Source: Paraphysomonas bandaiensis (Eukaryota; Protista; Chrysophyceae). Taken from it: a stretch of 64,000 bases of DNA. The first letter of the stretch is position 1; the number at the start of each line of letters is the position of its first letter. The notes beneath the pieces were generated by a model that searched no databases, was not told where the DNA came from, and saw only the letters and a list, made by a program, of their open reading frames with translations. Shown in pieces: positions 49,300-63,032 of this stretch. The position numbers and the translations under genes are program-made. The DNA lies in NCBI GenBank assembly GCA_965644295.1, contig CBFFRP010000242.1, forward strand, positions 62,001 to 126,000, in the 5' to 3' direction.

Positions 49300-51000
49300 G
49301 TAGGAAGTAGGAAGGGGGGTTTGTTGCCCAGTTAGTGTCAAAATCTTCAAGAGAAGCAACGCTACAGAGATTTTTAACGTTTAAACGAAGGTCTGTTTCT
49401 GTCTAGCACATGTATGAAAGACCCTTGACGGGGTTTGTTGTATGTAGTGATCAATATTCGGATGTGTGGATGTAGTTTCGTGTCACGCGAATCCTGGGAG
49501 TCATAGAATCTTCCGCTTCTCCGCACTTATTGAGATAAACAGGAAATGGACTATCATCTCGGGAGTTGATAGCGATGCATCGATACCAAGATGTGGGATG
49601 GCGTTTCTTTTAGGATCACTACAGAAGTCTCAATCCCATGGGTATGCTGTTGTGTTCAGCATTTGAACGTGAAGATAGCTTCATACTCTGCAAGGGCTAT
49701 CTAGTGTGTATAACGAGTCTGAGACCTACTATACAGAAGATAAATAGCGGTATTTTTATATATAGCTTCATATTGACAGACGGGTACAGGGATGCTGCGA
49801 CTTGAAAATAGAAGGCCCATCCTTGTAGAGAAGGGGCGGTGTTCGAGATCTCAGCGTAGTCTTCAATTTGGGGTTTTGGGGGTGATCGTCCGTAATGGGA
49901 GGCGGTTGGGAAGAAACAGTGGTCTTTGAGGAGGAAGATGGGCTTTAGTATGATGGTTGACCCTTAAAGTATGGGTTGGGGGCGTCACGACGTTTGCGTA
50001 TCACAGAAGAGGAAAGGTGCGGATAGAAGGAGTGTAAATGAAACCATTTAAAGAACTGTGGTCAAGATGCTTTGGTGAGGGTAGTAGTTGTCGTCGTTTA
50101 CTTTGCTTAAGTGTTAGGTAAGATAGCAGATTTGGATAAGGAGAGTTAATGGGGTGAAATTGGAAGTCTAGTGTGCTGATAGGTAGTTCTGAACCAGAAC
50201 TAGGTGTTGTGAGGGGCCAAGGCTTATTTTGCGCGGTGTAAGCGTCATACTTCACTCCGCATTCAAGCAGTGAAAGACGAAGTATGACAAGGTGTTCGTT
50301 ATGTTCGTTCCCACAGTGGAGCAAAATATTTATCAATAAAGATACAAGCAGTACTGTCGTTATCGTCTATAGGCCGTTGTAATGATGGACTAGACGAAGT
50401 TATTCACGGTGAACGTGTCACAGTAAAGAATTCGAAACGGTGTTTGTGGGGGGATAAGAAGTCTGAGTAGCCATGATCTAATACAGTTGAGTTTGCTTTA
50501 ATTTTTTCTCATTCTAATGTAGCTGCTGAAGGAAAGGACAGCGATGAGCGGCGTTCTGGAGAGGATCTGTGTTGGTGATTGCAGCCTCAGTGACTTCCAG
50601 ATGAGCCATTTCGGAGGTGGATACCAGTTGTTGCTGTCGGAGCTACTAATGACAATGGCATTGTGATTACACCTGCTAATAGCAGACGTCTACTGTAGAG
50701 TCTAATTTTCTTCTAACGCAAGGCTGGGACACTGTTCTGCAAGGAGTGTCATGTACATCTATGCTTTCATTATTATTTTTCTTATAGGTAGGTTTTATCG
50801 GAGCAGATAAGATGAACGATTTCCTTCTAGCGAAAGTAACTGTGGAGAAGAAGAGTCCGAGATTAATGCATGTGTTGGATGAGTGTAAACGATATGTTGA
50901 GAGGGGTTATTGAGGAGTCAGTTTGAATTTGTAGCAAATATTAAGAGGAGCCTGTTTCATGCATCAGTGTGATAGATTGTACTTGTGAGACCGGCTCATT
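49300..51000 (-). mobile_element. Decayed transposable-element coding region
   Basis: Intronless, strand-skewed, stop-riddled protein-like frames; 50720-50940 is homologous to 51915-52130 on the opposite strand. Boundaries approximate. Confidence 0.55.
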
Positions 51001-51489
51001 ACCGTAGTGGAACAGATGCAGTATGTTCCGTCCGATAATATTCTGATCACGGTCCTGCTCCACATCGCTCGATGCAAGTGTTGCAATGGCAGTTTTGGCC
51101 ACAGCAACTAAGTATTAAAAATGCAGGTATTGTCTCAAGCAAGAATATCTGAGTATTACACCTCCCATTTTACTACATCATGTTGTAGTTATATTTTTTA
51201 ACCATGGGTTATAAGGAGGTTATATCGCCCCACCATCAATTTTGAAATGAGAGCGAAAGCCAGATTTTTTAAATTTGGACAAGAGACGATACTTCTTACC
51301 CCTAGGATATATATGTTACAGCTAGTTAAAAATCTAATATCTAGTTATTTGTAGAAGAATCTAATATCCTTGCTGGGAATATATCATTATTACATTACAA
51401 TGTAGAGCGTGCTCTCTGGTTAACATTAAGAAAACAAATAAAATTCAAACTATTGTTTACAATCAAAGGTATCTATACACTATTATATT

Positions 51490-52290
51490 GAATGTCTGAT
51501 TATTAATAAGCGCAAGCTTGTGCGTAGCCGCGACCAATCTAACAACTCGCGCGACACACTAAGCATAACATGACTCTCATCAAGTTACTATAGCATTCAC
51601 CGATAAGTGCTCAACTCTATACAACACGATTTAGCTACATGAGCATACGACGAGTTGCGTGTTTAAGCTGGATCATACGCTCCTGCCCAATCTACTTGTC
51701 CTAACACAAACAACTTGCGGTCGGTATCTTCGGATTATGTCTCCTGTATATGCGGCAGATCTTTAGAGCCCTCTTCAAGGTGGTGTTCCCAGCAGCAGGT
51801 AGTCTGGAGTGGAGAGAAGAGTAACTCTAGCGCCGGGTCCTCCCATGGTCACGAAGCAGTCTCGCTGCTGGTGCAATTTTGCACACTGACGCATAAACCA
51901 AACATCTACTACCGAAATCTGTTACAAATTTAAGCTGACTCCAATGTCTTCTCTCCATTGTGTGCACTCGTCCAGCACATGTATCCACCTTGCACTCTTC
52001 TCCCGAGTGACTTACACTAGTAGGTAACCGTGCACCTTCCCCGCTCGGATGAAAACCTACTAAAAGCAAAAATAACATAGAAGCACCACAAATGTACCTG
52101 ACGCTACTTGGAGAACAATGCCAGAGCCTTGATATAATCTCAATGACCTGGGTAGGAGAAACCAAGACTAGAGGCAGTAGACGTGTGAGAAGACATGACA
52201 GGTCTAACCACATCATTGCTATGCATCCATGAGAAAAGCTTGACGCATTACCTTGGTCATTCGCATTCAGGTACCAAATAATTTGAACTC
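51490..52290 (+). mobile_element. Decayed TE coding region, same family as 49300-51000
   Basis: tgttacaaatttaagctgactcc and atgtacctgacgctacttggagaacaatgccagagccttg match minus-strand tgctacaaattcaaactgactcc and atgtacatgacactccttgcagaacagtgtcccagccttg. Confidence 0.55.
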
Positions 52291-52303
52291 ATACTCAGCA
52301 TCA

Positions 52304-52700
52304 ATCACTCAAAGCAAACGCAGTGAGCAAGCAGAATGTTGATATACCTGATATCTGCTGACTTTAGTTCTTTTTTGAGTTCTTAAGGTGAACATCCCGG
52401 ATGCTTAACTACAGCAGGCAGCCCAATACCCCGGTTACCCTTATGGTGGGCCCTGTCCCGGATGCCCTTGAGGTGGGCCCATTCCCGGATGCTTACTTAT
52501 TCGTCAAGGCCCAAAGACGTCTATACACAAGTGACACTTATTATAGTGTCCCTTGTACCACACAAGCATTTGACTATATGAGTGGGCAGAACAATATCTG
52601 CTGACTATATATGCGGCTCACGTTAGTTTCTCGGAGAAAGATCTCCGGTACTTATCCCCCAGAACACCACGAAAAGGTGCGAGTCCGACTTTGTTGAGGG
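52304..52700 (-). repeat. Structured dispersed element, copy 3
   Basis: Reverse complement of copy 1 (2025-2320) plus the segment of about 85 bp shared with copies 2 and 8. Confidence 0.92.
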
Positions 52701-52983
52701 TATACACTATTATACATGAGCTTATAGGAATTGTAATTATTGTAGATTATCTCAACACAATAATAGATACAACACATGTATGTACCCCTACCATAGAAAG
52801 ATACTGAGGGAGTTGCAACTGCGATGTATTGAAGTTCGTAATAAATAAATGTGAAGATGAATGTGAAAAGTTGTTATTGCACAAGGCTTCTTTTTGTCAT
52901 TGGAATCATTATTACATTTATATGCAACACGCTTAACATCTGCTGGTGTTACGGACTCGAAGAACGCTGTGTGTATGACGTGT

Positions 52984-53427
52984 CCCTCAACAAAGTCGTA
53001 CTCGCACCTTTTCATGGTGTTTTGAGGTATAAATACCGGAGATATTTCTCCGGGAAAGTAACGTGAACCGCATGTATGTATAGTCGGCAGATATTATTCT
53101 ACCCACCCGTAGCCAACTGCTTGTGCGGTACAAGGGCACAAATATATATATAAGTATAGGCCCTGACGAATAATCAGGCATTTGGGAACGAGCCCACCTC
53201 AATGACATCCAGGGTATTGGGTTGCCTACTGGAGTCAAGCATCGGACTGTTAACCTTAAAGACAGAGAGCAAAAGTGGTTGCACGTTGGTGCTTGCGGTG
53301 ACGCACAAGTAGCTTTCGCAGCGCTAAGTAGTAGAATATCAGAGTTAAGCACTAGTTAGGCAAATCGTTTTGGTACATTAATTCTGACTCTTACACGCCT
53401 ATTGCTATCAATCAGACATTCACTACT
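52984..53427 (+). repeat. Structured dispersed element, copy 4 (both ends present, internal deletions)
   Basis: Starts ccctcaacaaagtcgtactcgcacc and ends cctattgctatcaatcagacattcactact. Confidence 0.92.
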
Positions 53428-53937
53428 AATGATAGATCGCTTGCACTGATTCAGGAGTGTTTGTTGATCAATTTTAAAAGTTGAGTCATCATAGTGCTAA
53501 CCCTGAAATTTTACAATATAATGAAGTTGGTTGCAAATGGCTGGCAATATAATTATGGTTAAAATAGAAGGTAGTTTCTGCTCAAACCGAATATTGAAGT
53601 AGAATACATATATATTTCCCGCTGCAAATGTGGGCGTTCTGTAGAACCCAATTCAGGCCAAGAAAACTTTTTTTGAGACGAAATGGGGATAATGTATATA
53701 TTACTCAGCATGAAACTCGAACACTTTCGACTACAATGGAAAACTCATTCTCAATACATTCGTCGTTTTCAAAAGACAATACTACTTCGAAGTGATATAA
53801 GCACAACCTCTGTTACTATATTAATCGAAATACCTAAATGCTGTCTACTTATATTCACTCATCTCACACTATAATTTTAAACAAGCTAGCAACCACACTG
53901 CATATGATAATTAGCGTTCGGTTTATTTTTCTGTAGT

Positions 53938-56900
53938 TCAGTGCTTTCTTGACTTCTTCTTCTTTCTTTTACTGTCATACGCGTTTCCTAATGGGTCTGA
54001 GTTATCGTCTTTAGATATATCAAACATGGAACGCTTTGATTCCACCTCCCGCTGGATGTACTTCATTGTCGCCACATTTGTCCCAATCAAATCCCTAAAC
54101 GACGAGATTGATTCACGCAAGAGAGTCTTCAATTCAGAGATGATATCATGCAGAGAAGGTACTTCTACACCCTCTACATCATCGCTACAGCCTATTTTTG
54201 CAGGCCCCCATATCGTTGAAGTCGATAGAATTCGAGATTGGTGGCAACGGACAAGGAATACCACAGTACGAGCACATATCTCTACATTTAAGTTCGAACG
54301 ACACATCTAGATATCAAGTTAACCCACACAATTCAATTCAATTCATAATGCTCACCATGAGAATAATAAAGAGTAGCCGTTGTACCATGTGAAAAGGAAT
54401 CACCATTAATGCCAACTCCAAATCAGAAGATTTCACACCATCTTTAAGAGTCCAGCACATATACTCTAATGGTGTCATATTCCTCAGTAGCAAACTCGGA
54501 GTTAGTGACGAGCTTGGTTTGTTCACTGCCTTGGCTGCGATTTGCTTCGCATACTCCACTTCTACTAACTCCAACGCTTCCATTATTCTTTCACCACCCT
54601 ACGTCACTACGGTTAGCAACATGTACTTAAAAAGCATTCAGTTTGACAGAAATCAACGCCGAATACATAGCACACAGTTTATGTCGTAGAGAATAATGCA
54701 AGCTACTTTGGTAACTATTATGAGCATCATTGGGACTGATATACCTTGAGACTTTCAATGGACGGCAAGCTGGTGGTAAGGGCAGACCCTTCTGCAGCAC
54801 CAGTGGCATTGTCGTGCTGGTCCCGCTTTTCCATGGATTCATCTACTTGAGCCTCGAGAGCGCGTTCTCTATGTAAAATATCAGACAAACTCGACATTTC
54901 ATAATTCAAAAGGTTGGAATCAGTGCAAAAAATACACTATCAACAATGGTTTACTATGAGCTATATACATGATATATATTCGGGGAAGAATGATTTCGCA
55001 CCTTTCTTCTTCGATAAACACCATGTCTTCAGTTCTTTCCCACATTCGAATGGAGCGATCCTGTCCAGTAGATATCACAAAAGATGCATCAGGTGACACT
55101 GCAAGGGCCCATGCAGAGGAGATGTGGCCAGGCAGGAAAAGGATCTGCTCAAATCTAGTCCAACACACCATTATTACTTTATTCACCAAATTATAATATG
55201 CAAATATTTATCATTATCAATAAATATGTACACTTAAGATGTACTGTTGTCAAGTGATGAGTATACAAAATAGAAACACGTTACCTATCAGCATCCCAGT
55301 ACTTTATATTGCCATCTTTACTACTAGAGAAGAAGTAGTGTGTCTCGGGCTGAAACTTTATTGCAGTCACAGTATCTTCATGGCCCAACAACGATCTAGA
55401 CATCAAGAAAACGTTAGCATATGTATTACTTCCAATTGAGAAATTTGGAAGTAATACAGTTGTGTTGTGCAAAAAATATTGCTAATGCAATCCCCTGTGA
55501 AGTGAAGTGCATTATACCTGTGACAATCACCGAAATCTAACCCCCATATTTTAATTGTCTTGTCAGCCGATCCCGATGCGAGTAGAGACCCATCATAAGA
55601 GATATCCATGCACATGACGGGTAACTTGTGTCCATAACTGCAAGAATGAATTAAATACATTGGGAGCATATTACCCATAAGTGTTTGAAACACACAGAGG
55701 AAAAATGAATGTTAACACTGATCAAAGTGGTCTTACAGAGATAAATAAAACTTCAAGCTATCATTGTAAAACACTTTCACAGTGTGATCCAAAAGCCCAA
55801 CCGCAACCATAAGGCGGTCCACTGATTGACCACGTGATACGGGACTGAAAAATACGAAAAGTTACGAAATTATTCCATTCATGTGGTCATTTTAACAGAT
55901 AATATATGCAACACTCATGGCAATAAAGTACATAGAATCCATATGCACTCATCAATGTCACGTATCACAACTTCTACCTGTAGCAAACGCTCATTACATC
56001 ATGTGTCATCATAAGTTGTCTTGACAATTCAATGCCAAGTACGCCTTTTTCAACCTGTTGCACAGACGAATCGTGACTCAGAACCACCACAATGAATATT
56101 CTCATTACCGTGAAGTCCCAAAATTTCACAACTTTGTCAGCACCGCCAGTCATGAAGGCCTTTCCGTCTGGGGGTTGAATAGCAAGCGACCATATAGCAC
56201 CTTCATGTGCCTCTTCATTTACCACCATTTCACCTGACGCCGCGTCAACAATCTGCATACAGCGAAATAATAAGGTCGCGGTACAATATTCTAGAGTCAT
56301 GCATACGAACAATACGAAAGTAAATTTACCTGCACTCGACCTTCCTTCGTTCCCAGAATAACGTATCTGTTGCCAGTCACGAATGCCATTGTTACACCAT
56401 ATCCTATTATAGCATTCACATAACGAGAAGCAATACATGATAATAGGAGCACGATTCTCATGAACACATGACTGGTATAAAACTCTCGATTCACACAAGT
56501 ATGTGAGAAGTACAGGACAGACTAGTACGAACCAGCAGGGCATGACCGCACGCAGCTATAAGACTTTGAACTCCATATCTTTACACCCTCCGCGCTGCAA
56601 GTGCCAATCTGCAGCCCGTCGGATGATATACACACTGCTCTCACATCGGACCTGTCAGCAATAGCACAACATACTTTAAACTCCTGCACACACTTGTGTA
56701 TACGCATATAGCACAAGTGAAGCATAGACAACAAAATACCTATGACCGTGCAACTCGAGTACCGACTGCTTGGCAAGTGTATATGTCGCTGGTGCATCTT
56801 GTTCAGATGTCCGGGATGCAGAGAGACGAAACACTTCAAGGGTGTTGATAACAGTGGAAACTAGAATGCGTTGAGATCCATCTTTCTCCTTTTGAGGGCT

Positions 56901-58838
56901 GATGAAAAAAGTGACTCCAGCTTCGTAAACGATATAAATTGAGAATCACACCTGAATGCCAAACTTTTCATCTTATGATTGGATTTCACTCTCGTAACGA
57001 CATCAACCATATCAGACAAGATCGTTCCTTCTGATGTATTTTCACCACCATTTTGTGCGGTGTCAATCACTGGTACGGAAGACCCTTCTGTAGCAGCGAG
57101 TTGAGATGATTTTTCTTTCTGGCGCTTCAAGCGGCGCTTTGTTTTCTTCTTGATCTCTTGTGAGGATCGAAGTCGAAACGTCTATTCAAAACATCAATAA
57201 ATATAACACATTTAGAATTTCGTAGAAGAATCGTTTTGTAAGAACATCATCGAAAGCAATAAGTTTCATGAGTAAGAAGTATAGGTTGTCAGTGACAACG
57301 ACAGGGTTGTACCTCAATTGTTTTAGCTGACGTTCCTGTGAGCGCTATTGCCATATCTCCTTCCGGATTGCTAGTCATAGCTGTATGATACCAGTGTCTG
57401 AGATACGAACTAGCGTGTGTAATACATCACACCTGAACATTTTTCGCCTCCCTCACACTGCATGGACCCAACATACACTAAAATCTGGACACAAATTTTA
57501 AAATTGAAAGGGTATCAGACACGAACAATAAGTTTAGACAACAATCTACTAGGAAAACACGATACCTCTTCGTCATCACTCAGTCCAGGTCCTTTGTCAT
57601 TTTCACTTTCATGAGTGTTCTTGACCCTGTAGCCCCTTATCATGTCATCAGAGGAGCCTGTCAACAGTAGTGCCCCCCCAGGTTCATCTTTCCCTTCACT
57701 CGAAGTGGAAGATAGTAGTGCAATGCACCATATTTCACAACGATGTCCTACAATCGTTTGGATGCAGTGTTTGGTGGATAAGTCCCAGACCTGCTCGAAA
57801 AATTATCGCAACACAATAGTGATGGAGTAACTACACAATAATTGGGAATGTAATTCATTAGGATACCACTTCATCGTCATGACGTAACCAGTCCAATAAG
57901 CTCAAAATCAACCACAACTTACCTTTATAAGGGTGTCTTTAGATGACGTGATGAGGTGAGTGGGGGATGTTGTAGTGGAAACAGCGTGGTCGGGACAGAT
58001 AAAGACGCATCCCGTTACAATATCCTTGTGACCACGCAGCTTGCATCGGCCTGCAACACATATCATCAACCATTTTCAAGTTACGATGTTTACTGAGAGT
58101 CAAATACATATATATGAGTGCTGTTATACGGCAATAACACACAATGTCACGGCACCAACAAGCAACATAAAACAACCAGCTAGCAGTATGTTTCCTGAAG
58201 ATACCTGTAAGAGCAACAATGTCCCACACAAATACATCACTGTCGCTGCCACCAGAGGCCAGAAGTGTACCGGATGGGTCATAACTTAATGTATGCACTG
58301 CAGACCTGTGACCCCTTAAAGTTCCCTACGATTTTGTTACACTACTGTTTGAATACATTTATGCGCAGATGCATACCAGTACTATTTTGTTAATGTAGTC
58401 ATACACCACAATTTCTCCGTTGGAGTACCTATTGAACATCGCAATGATGGAAATTATAGTGCAGTACAAACAACATACCCTGCCGCCATTGTTGATCGGT
58501 CTGTACTTCTTGCAATGCATGTCACTGTCCCTTTTAGATGATAAGGGTAGTTTGGATTTTCAGTCGTCAGAGATGCAATCTGATAGAGGCATTAACATAT
58601 ATCTCAATCAACTATGCTGATAAGTGACCTGTTGAGCTTGACGGAGGTTCCAAACGGCAATGTTCTGCAGTGCACCAGATATAGCCAAGTTTCCACTGAT
58701 AAATCAGAACATAAATACAGTATTACAATCATATGATGATAAGCTAGATCACCTCCAGTCATATATGGCATTGCATTGTGGGGTAGATATAACTCCAGTT
58801 GAGCGCGCTGGCTCATACCGCAGATAACTCTTCATCAT
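53938..58838 (-). CDS. UTP12: U3 snoRNP WD40 protein Utp12/Dip2/WDR3
   Basis: N-terminal [10 protein letters not shown]; many WD40 repeats ([72 protein letters not shown]); Utp12 C-domain ([26 protein letters not shown]). More than 20 exons. Confidence 0.95.
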
Positions 58839-59281
58839 ATTGACAAAGATTTAATCACACTAGTAATAGGTGAGTAATGTAATATATATAACTCGCAATG
58901 GGTGGGTAGCTGATGGTATGACTATGTTAAGTAGAGTTCTCTACCAGTCCGCACCAGTCAATTAAGTCGCTTGGCTGACAGTACACCTCCCTGTCCGACT
59001 ACTCTGTCTCTTGAACTGCTGCTCCTCCTGTTGACATAGTTGTAGTTGAAGAATACAGCACAGTATACGTAGTATGGTAGAGGAAGTTAAGTTGTTGAAG
59101 TATCTGTGTACCGGTATACGGCATGTATGTAGGTGTGGTATTGCAGTGCATGGTAGGATCGGAGTATAAATACGTAGATCTCCATATGATATGCACAGTC
59201 TACACATGCATCACATAAGCTTTATTGCTATTGCATTAGATACTCTGCCCTCTATACTCTATACACTGCACCCATAGGATT

Positions 59282-60616
59282 ATGTCAACATTTCACGCAA
59301 ACTCCATCATGACAGAAGACCACGTGACAGACACTCATTGGTTGTCAAGAGTTCTCGGTATTACTGTAAACAGTGTGACTGTAGAAGACATGAGTGGTTC
59401 AGGTAAATTATATATATATCCCTCCTCATGACTTGATTTTAATATAGGAGGAATGTCTGGGCACATGAGAAGATTACGCATAGTGTCAAGTGACAATGAA
59501 GAGACCACTTATGTACTCAAGTCAACACAACAGCGTGGATTGGAGCAGAGTAAGCAATTAGGACTTGCACGTGAAGGGAAATTCTACTGTACATTTTATG
59601 AAAATTTCAAAGAGATATTGCCTGTTGTGAAATATTCCCATGGGGATTTAGAATCAGGTGAGAAGTTTATATTATTTGAGGACCTTTCCGATTCAGTTCA
59701 AACTGGGTATTACTTTGGCCCACATTCTCCACTGAACTGGGGGAAAGACTTGAATGCTGAGAAGAAAGATCTTCATGACGTCACGCTAGAAATGATATTA
59801 GAAGGATCAATGATGTTGGCGGCTCGATATCATGGGATGAATTGGAAAAATGCTTCGTTGCTTGCTGACGATATGTCGTGGCTGAGAGGGTCTGCGTGGA
59901 TAAAAGGAAGAGATGAAACAGGCTGGCAAGGAGGTCAATCATATGTCAAGCACTGTTGGATGAAAACAAAGGCTGAAAAGTTTGGTCAAGCTGATTATAA
60001 AGTCAAATGGAGTCCTTATATGATCGAACTGATTGATACTGCAATGGATAAACTATCGTGGATTCACTTTCAGGAAAGAATTCAGAATGCTCCATGGACC
60101 CTAGTGCACGGAGATTTTCACCCAGCTAATATGATGTGGAGACCCGATGACAAGTGTGCACAGGTTAAAGGCGTTCCCGCAGTGGTGCCAACTACGGAGC
60201 CTGAAGCTGATGGCAATGAGCGGGGGCCGCACCATTCTCATGTGCATCACCGCCACCAGCTACATAATCTCGTACTTCTTGACTGGGAAGTGGTTGGTAT
60301 TGGTAGTGGTGCACAAGATCTTGGTCAATACTTTATATCCCATCTTCACCCCATAGAACGTCGAAAGTATGAGGAGCGTATGATCCGCCTATACTACGCA
60401 CAGTTATTGTCATATGGTGTACAGACAGAAGATTATACCTACGAGATGTGCTGGAAAGAGTATGTTGAAGGCGGATCAGAGAGATGGATTTGGTTACTAG
60501 CTCTGATGACACAAATGTGCCCGGATAACATGATTCAGTATTTTCATGATCAAGTTGAAGCTTTTGCGAGAGATCACCATGTGACACCTCACAATGTTGG
60601 CATGCCTAGACTGTAG
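59282..60616 (+). CDS. Aminoglycoside-phosphotransferase/ecdysteroid-kinase-like small-molecule kinase (2 exons)
   Basis: GGMSG loop across the intron, YVLK, REGKFY, LFEDL, Brenner motif TLVHGDFHPANMMW, LLDWEVVGIGSGAQDLGQY. Confidence 0.88.
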
Positions 60617-61019
60617 TTCTACAAGAGGAAATGAATAGCTTTTCCACGTTGAAGGAAGCGCAGTCAAAAATATTAGGTTTTACTGGTCGATCCTCGTAAA
60701 AGTGCTTTGCTTATCATTAGAGTGAAAATATCGGTACCGTGTGCACTATTAGAATTCAACTACTTCTATTTTTGCGATAAAATACACTAACTTCATTCTC
60801 ATGTAATAAGAAATCACCAGTATTTATACAGTTGTGAACTGTAGTTCTAGCCGGATGCACCACCCTTGCGGTATTGTACTGAACAAACGACGATCTGTGT
60901 GTTTCTCACGTTACTGTTTTTATGAGAAGTCTATAATACTTGGCAACAGCTACCCTTCATCACATGTCAAAGCCTATTAAAATAGTGCAGTTAACACAAT
61001 CGCAAATCCAAGACATTAG

Positions 61020-61850
61020 TATCGGTCAGATGAGACGATTGACTATCCAGATCAACCCCCCTACTACTCTACCCGGAACGCTCACTCAGTTGCAATAGGT
61101 TGCCAATTTATGGTGCATTGAGAATCTGCTTTGCGCTGTTGTGAAGACATAAATGCTATACTATGGGTATGGGAAAGATAATAAACTTACCGCATATCAA
61201 TATTCCTGGTTATTCGCTGACATGATACCAACTTGGAGTGCCGCCATTCTCAGGAGGCTCTCCAGCAGAGCCTGGGATTCTGGACGGGGACTACTACCGA
61301 GGCCCAGCTAGAGAATGTGTGTGGTGCGCAATACGACTGTGATTTAAACTCGCAAAAACTTCGTCCTCTAGAAATAGCAGTTGTAAACCTTCTCCATCCG
61401 CTTTACGCTTCAGCCAAACAGATTATTCAAGGCCGCAGTCGTCGTTACATTACCACACCCAAAGGGCCACATAGACCCCCAGAGCACGTCAAAAACGTAG
61501 CAACACACGACGGAAACCGCGAGTTCTTCGCTCACTAGGTGTAACGAGGACACCTGCACTAATTTTTTCACCCCACACGTCTACCTCTTACACAATCCCC
61601 GTACAAGTGAAACGCCACGGTGCAGCCTCCGCCAGATACTTCTTTGCCCCAGGCCCAACTCACGGCCCGCGCATCTGTAGAAACGATGGCGCCCCAATCC
61701 ACCCCCTCGCCCATGTATCTCAGGCTACGCACACTCAACTCACTAATAAAGAATCATGTGCCTCCATAAGTTCTGCAGAGCACTACCCCAAGGGACACCC
61801 CCCTGATTAACCCCATCTGTACTTCAAGGACTCACGTTCATAGTAGAGAG
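61020..61850 (+). mobile_element. Probable decayed retroelement coding fragment
   Basis: Intronless C-rich broken ORFs (61233-61538, 61607-61810) abutting repeat copy 5; no diagnostic domain recognised. Confidence 0.4.
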
Positions 61851-61867
61851 CTTCTCCCTTATATACA

Positions 61868-62052
61868 AGAGCGAAAGTGGTTGTTGCACCTTGGTGCTCA
61901 CGGTGACGCACAAGCAGCTTTCGTAGCGTTATATAGTAGTATATGAGAATTTGTACTAGTTAAGTACAGGTAGAAGTCAATCTAGCTTGTCTAGTTTTCA
62001 TCTTGCTACTAATCTGGTGCTGATTCTCGACACCTATTGCTAAGAATAAGAC
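61868..62052 (+). repeat. Structured dispersed element, copy 5 (3' part)
   Basis: agagcgaaagtggttgttgcaccttggtgctcacggtgacgcacaagcagctttcgtagcg...cctattgctaag aligns to 2317-2495. Confidence 0.9.
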
Positions 62053-62469
62053 TCTCATATACACTGTGTTATTATATATATTGAAAGATTTGATCACAGG
62101 AAAATGGTTGTGAATGTGTTTATCCCACTGGTATCCAACTATCTTCTTTCTTCCATGTGTTCCCTGCTACTGGCTAAGACCACAAGAGGGCCGATTCCGA
62201 CGCTTCTCCACTGTAGATCAAAACATTTTGCAAGCCCTTCATCCACATACCTCCGAGCCACTGGGCACAAAACGCCAAACCCAGAAGGGTATATTACTGC
62301 TTCCCCTGGTGCCTACCGTAAGGCACATAAGGCAGTCCCCGATGCAAACTTAACAAAGTATATGTGTAGTCTTATGCGTTCCAGTGTGGTAGTAGTAGAC
62401 AAAGATCACTACTTTAACTTGTCATGCTGTACGTTGTACAACGTACCCTACATACGCATCTATGAATAT

Positions 62470-62659
62470 AGCGAGAGTGGTCGCACCTTCAAACAATTCT
62501 CGTAGCGCGAAATGGTAGGATATCAGGGTTTTTACTAGAGTTAGTAAACTGTATCTACTTGAATAATAGATGCTTATCTAGCTTGACTAGTTTGTCCAAA
62601 TAGCTACTAATCTGGTTCTGACTCTTGAATGCCTATTGATAAATAAACAGACATTTACT
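62470..62659 (+). repeat. Structured dispersed element, copy 6 (3' part, diverged)
   Basis: agcgagagtggtcgcacctt...agctactaatctggttctgactcttgaatgcctattgataaataaacagacatttact. Confidence 0.8.
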
Positions 62660-62931
62660 TTTCATGTTTTTATGAAGGCAGTTTTATGTCTAAAAGTTTG
62701 TACAATTTTTTATGATGTTTTCAATGATATGTTTTGTACAGTTAAATGAAGTTGTATTTAACATCATAAATCAAGAACGTTTTAAACTTGATGAAGTAGG
62801 ACAATAACAAAATTACAAAAAGTTAAAAAATAATGATTTCAGCTGCAGTCTGTCCTTAGTATAACCGACTACACAAACACTACAGCTTGGATACAAATAT
62901 ACTCTCACACTCTACAGAGATACAACACAAT

Positions 62932-63031
62932 CCCTCAACAAAGTCAGACTCTGGGATAAGTACCCGAGATATTTCTCCGGGAAACTAACGAATTTTTTGT
63001 GCACACTCATAGCCGAATGCATGTTCGGCAC
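62932..63031 (+). repeat. Structured dispersed element, copy 7 (5' part)
   Basis: ccctcaacaaagtc...ctgggataagtacccgagatatttctccgggaaactaacg...cactcatagccgaatgc. Confidence 0.85.
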
Positions 63032-63032
63032 G

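Noticed and set aside
52530-52620. HDV-like ribozyme in the structured element (GGG-CAGA-N6-TCTG-CTGA resembles P1.1/P4/J4-2; TCCCTTG resembles L3)
   Set aside because: No P1 helix in the required position and P2 is not conserved between copies; partial resemblance only.
52598-52690. Group I intron R/S-like words (gctgacta...aaggtgcgagtcc)
   Set aside because: No P/Q elements, the pairing is not kept in other copies, and there is no host exon context.
4681-60616. Non-canonical introns or an alternative genetic code
   Set aside because: All introns traced were GT-AG, all three stop codons terminate genes, and in-frame stops fall in introns.
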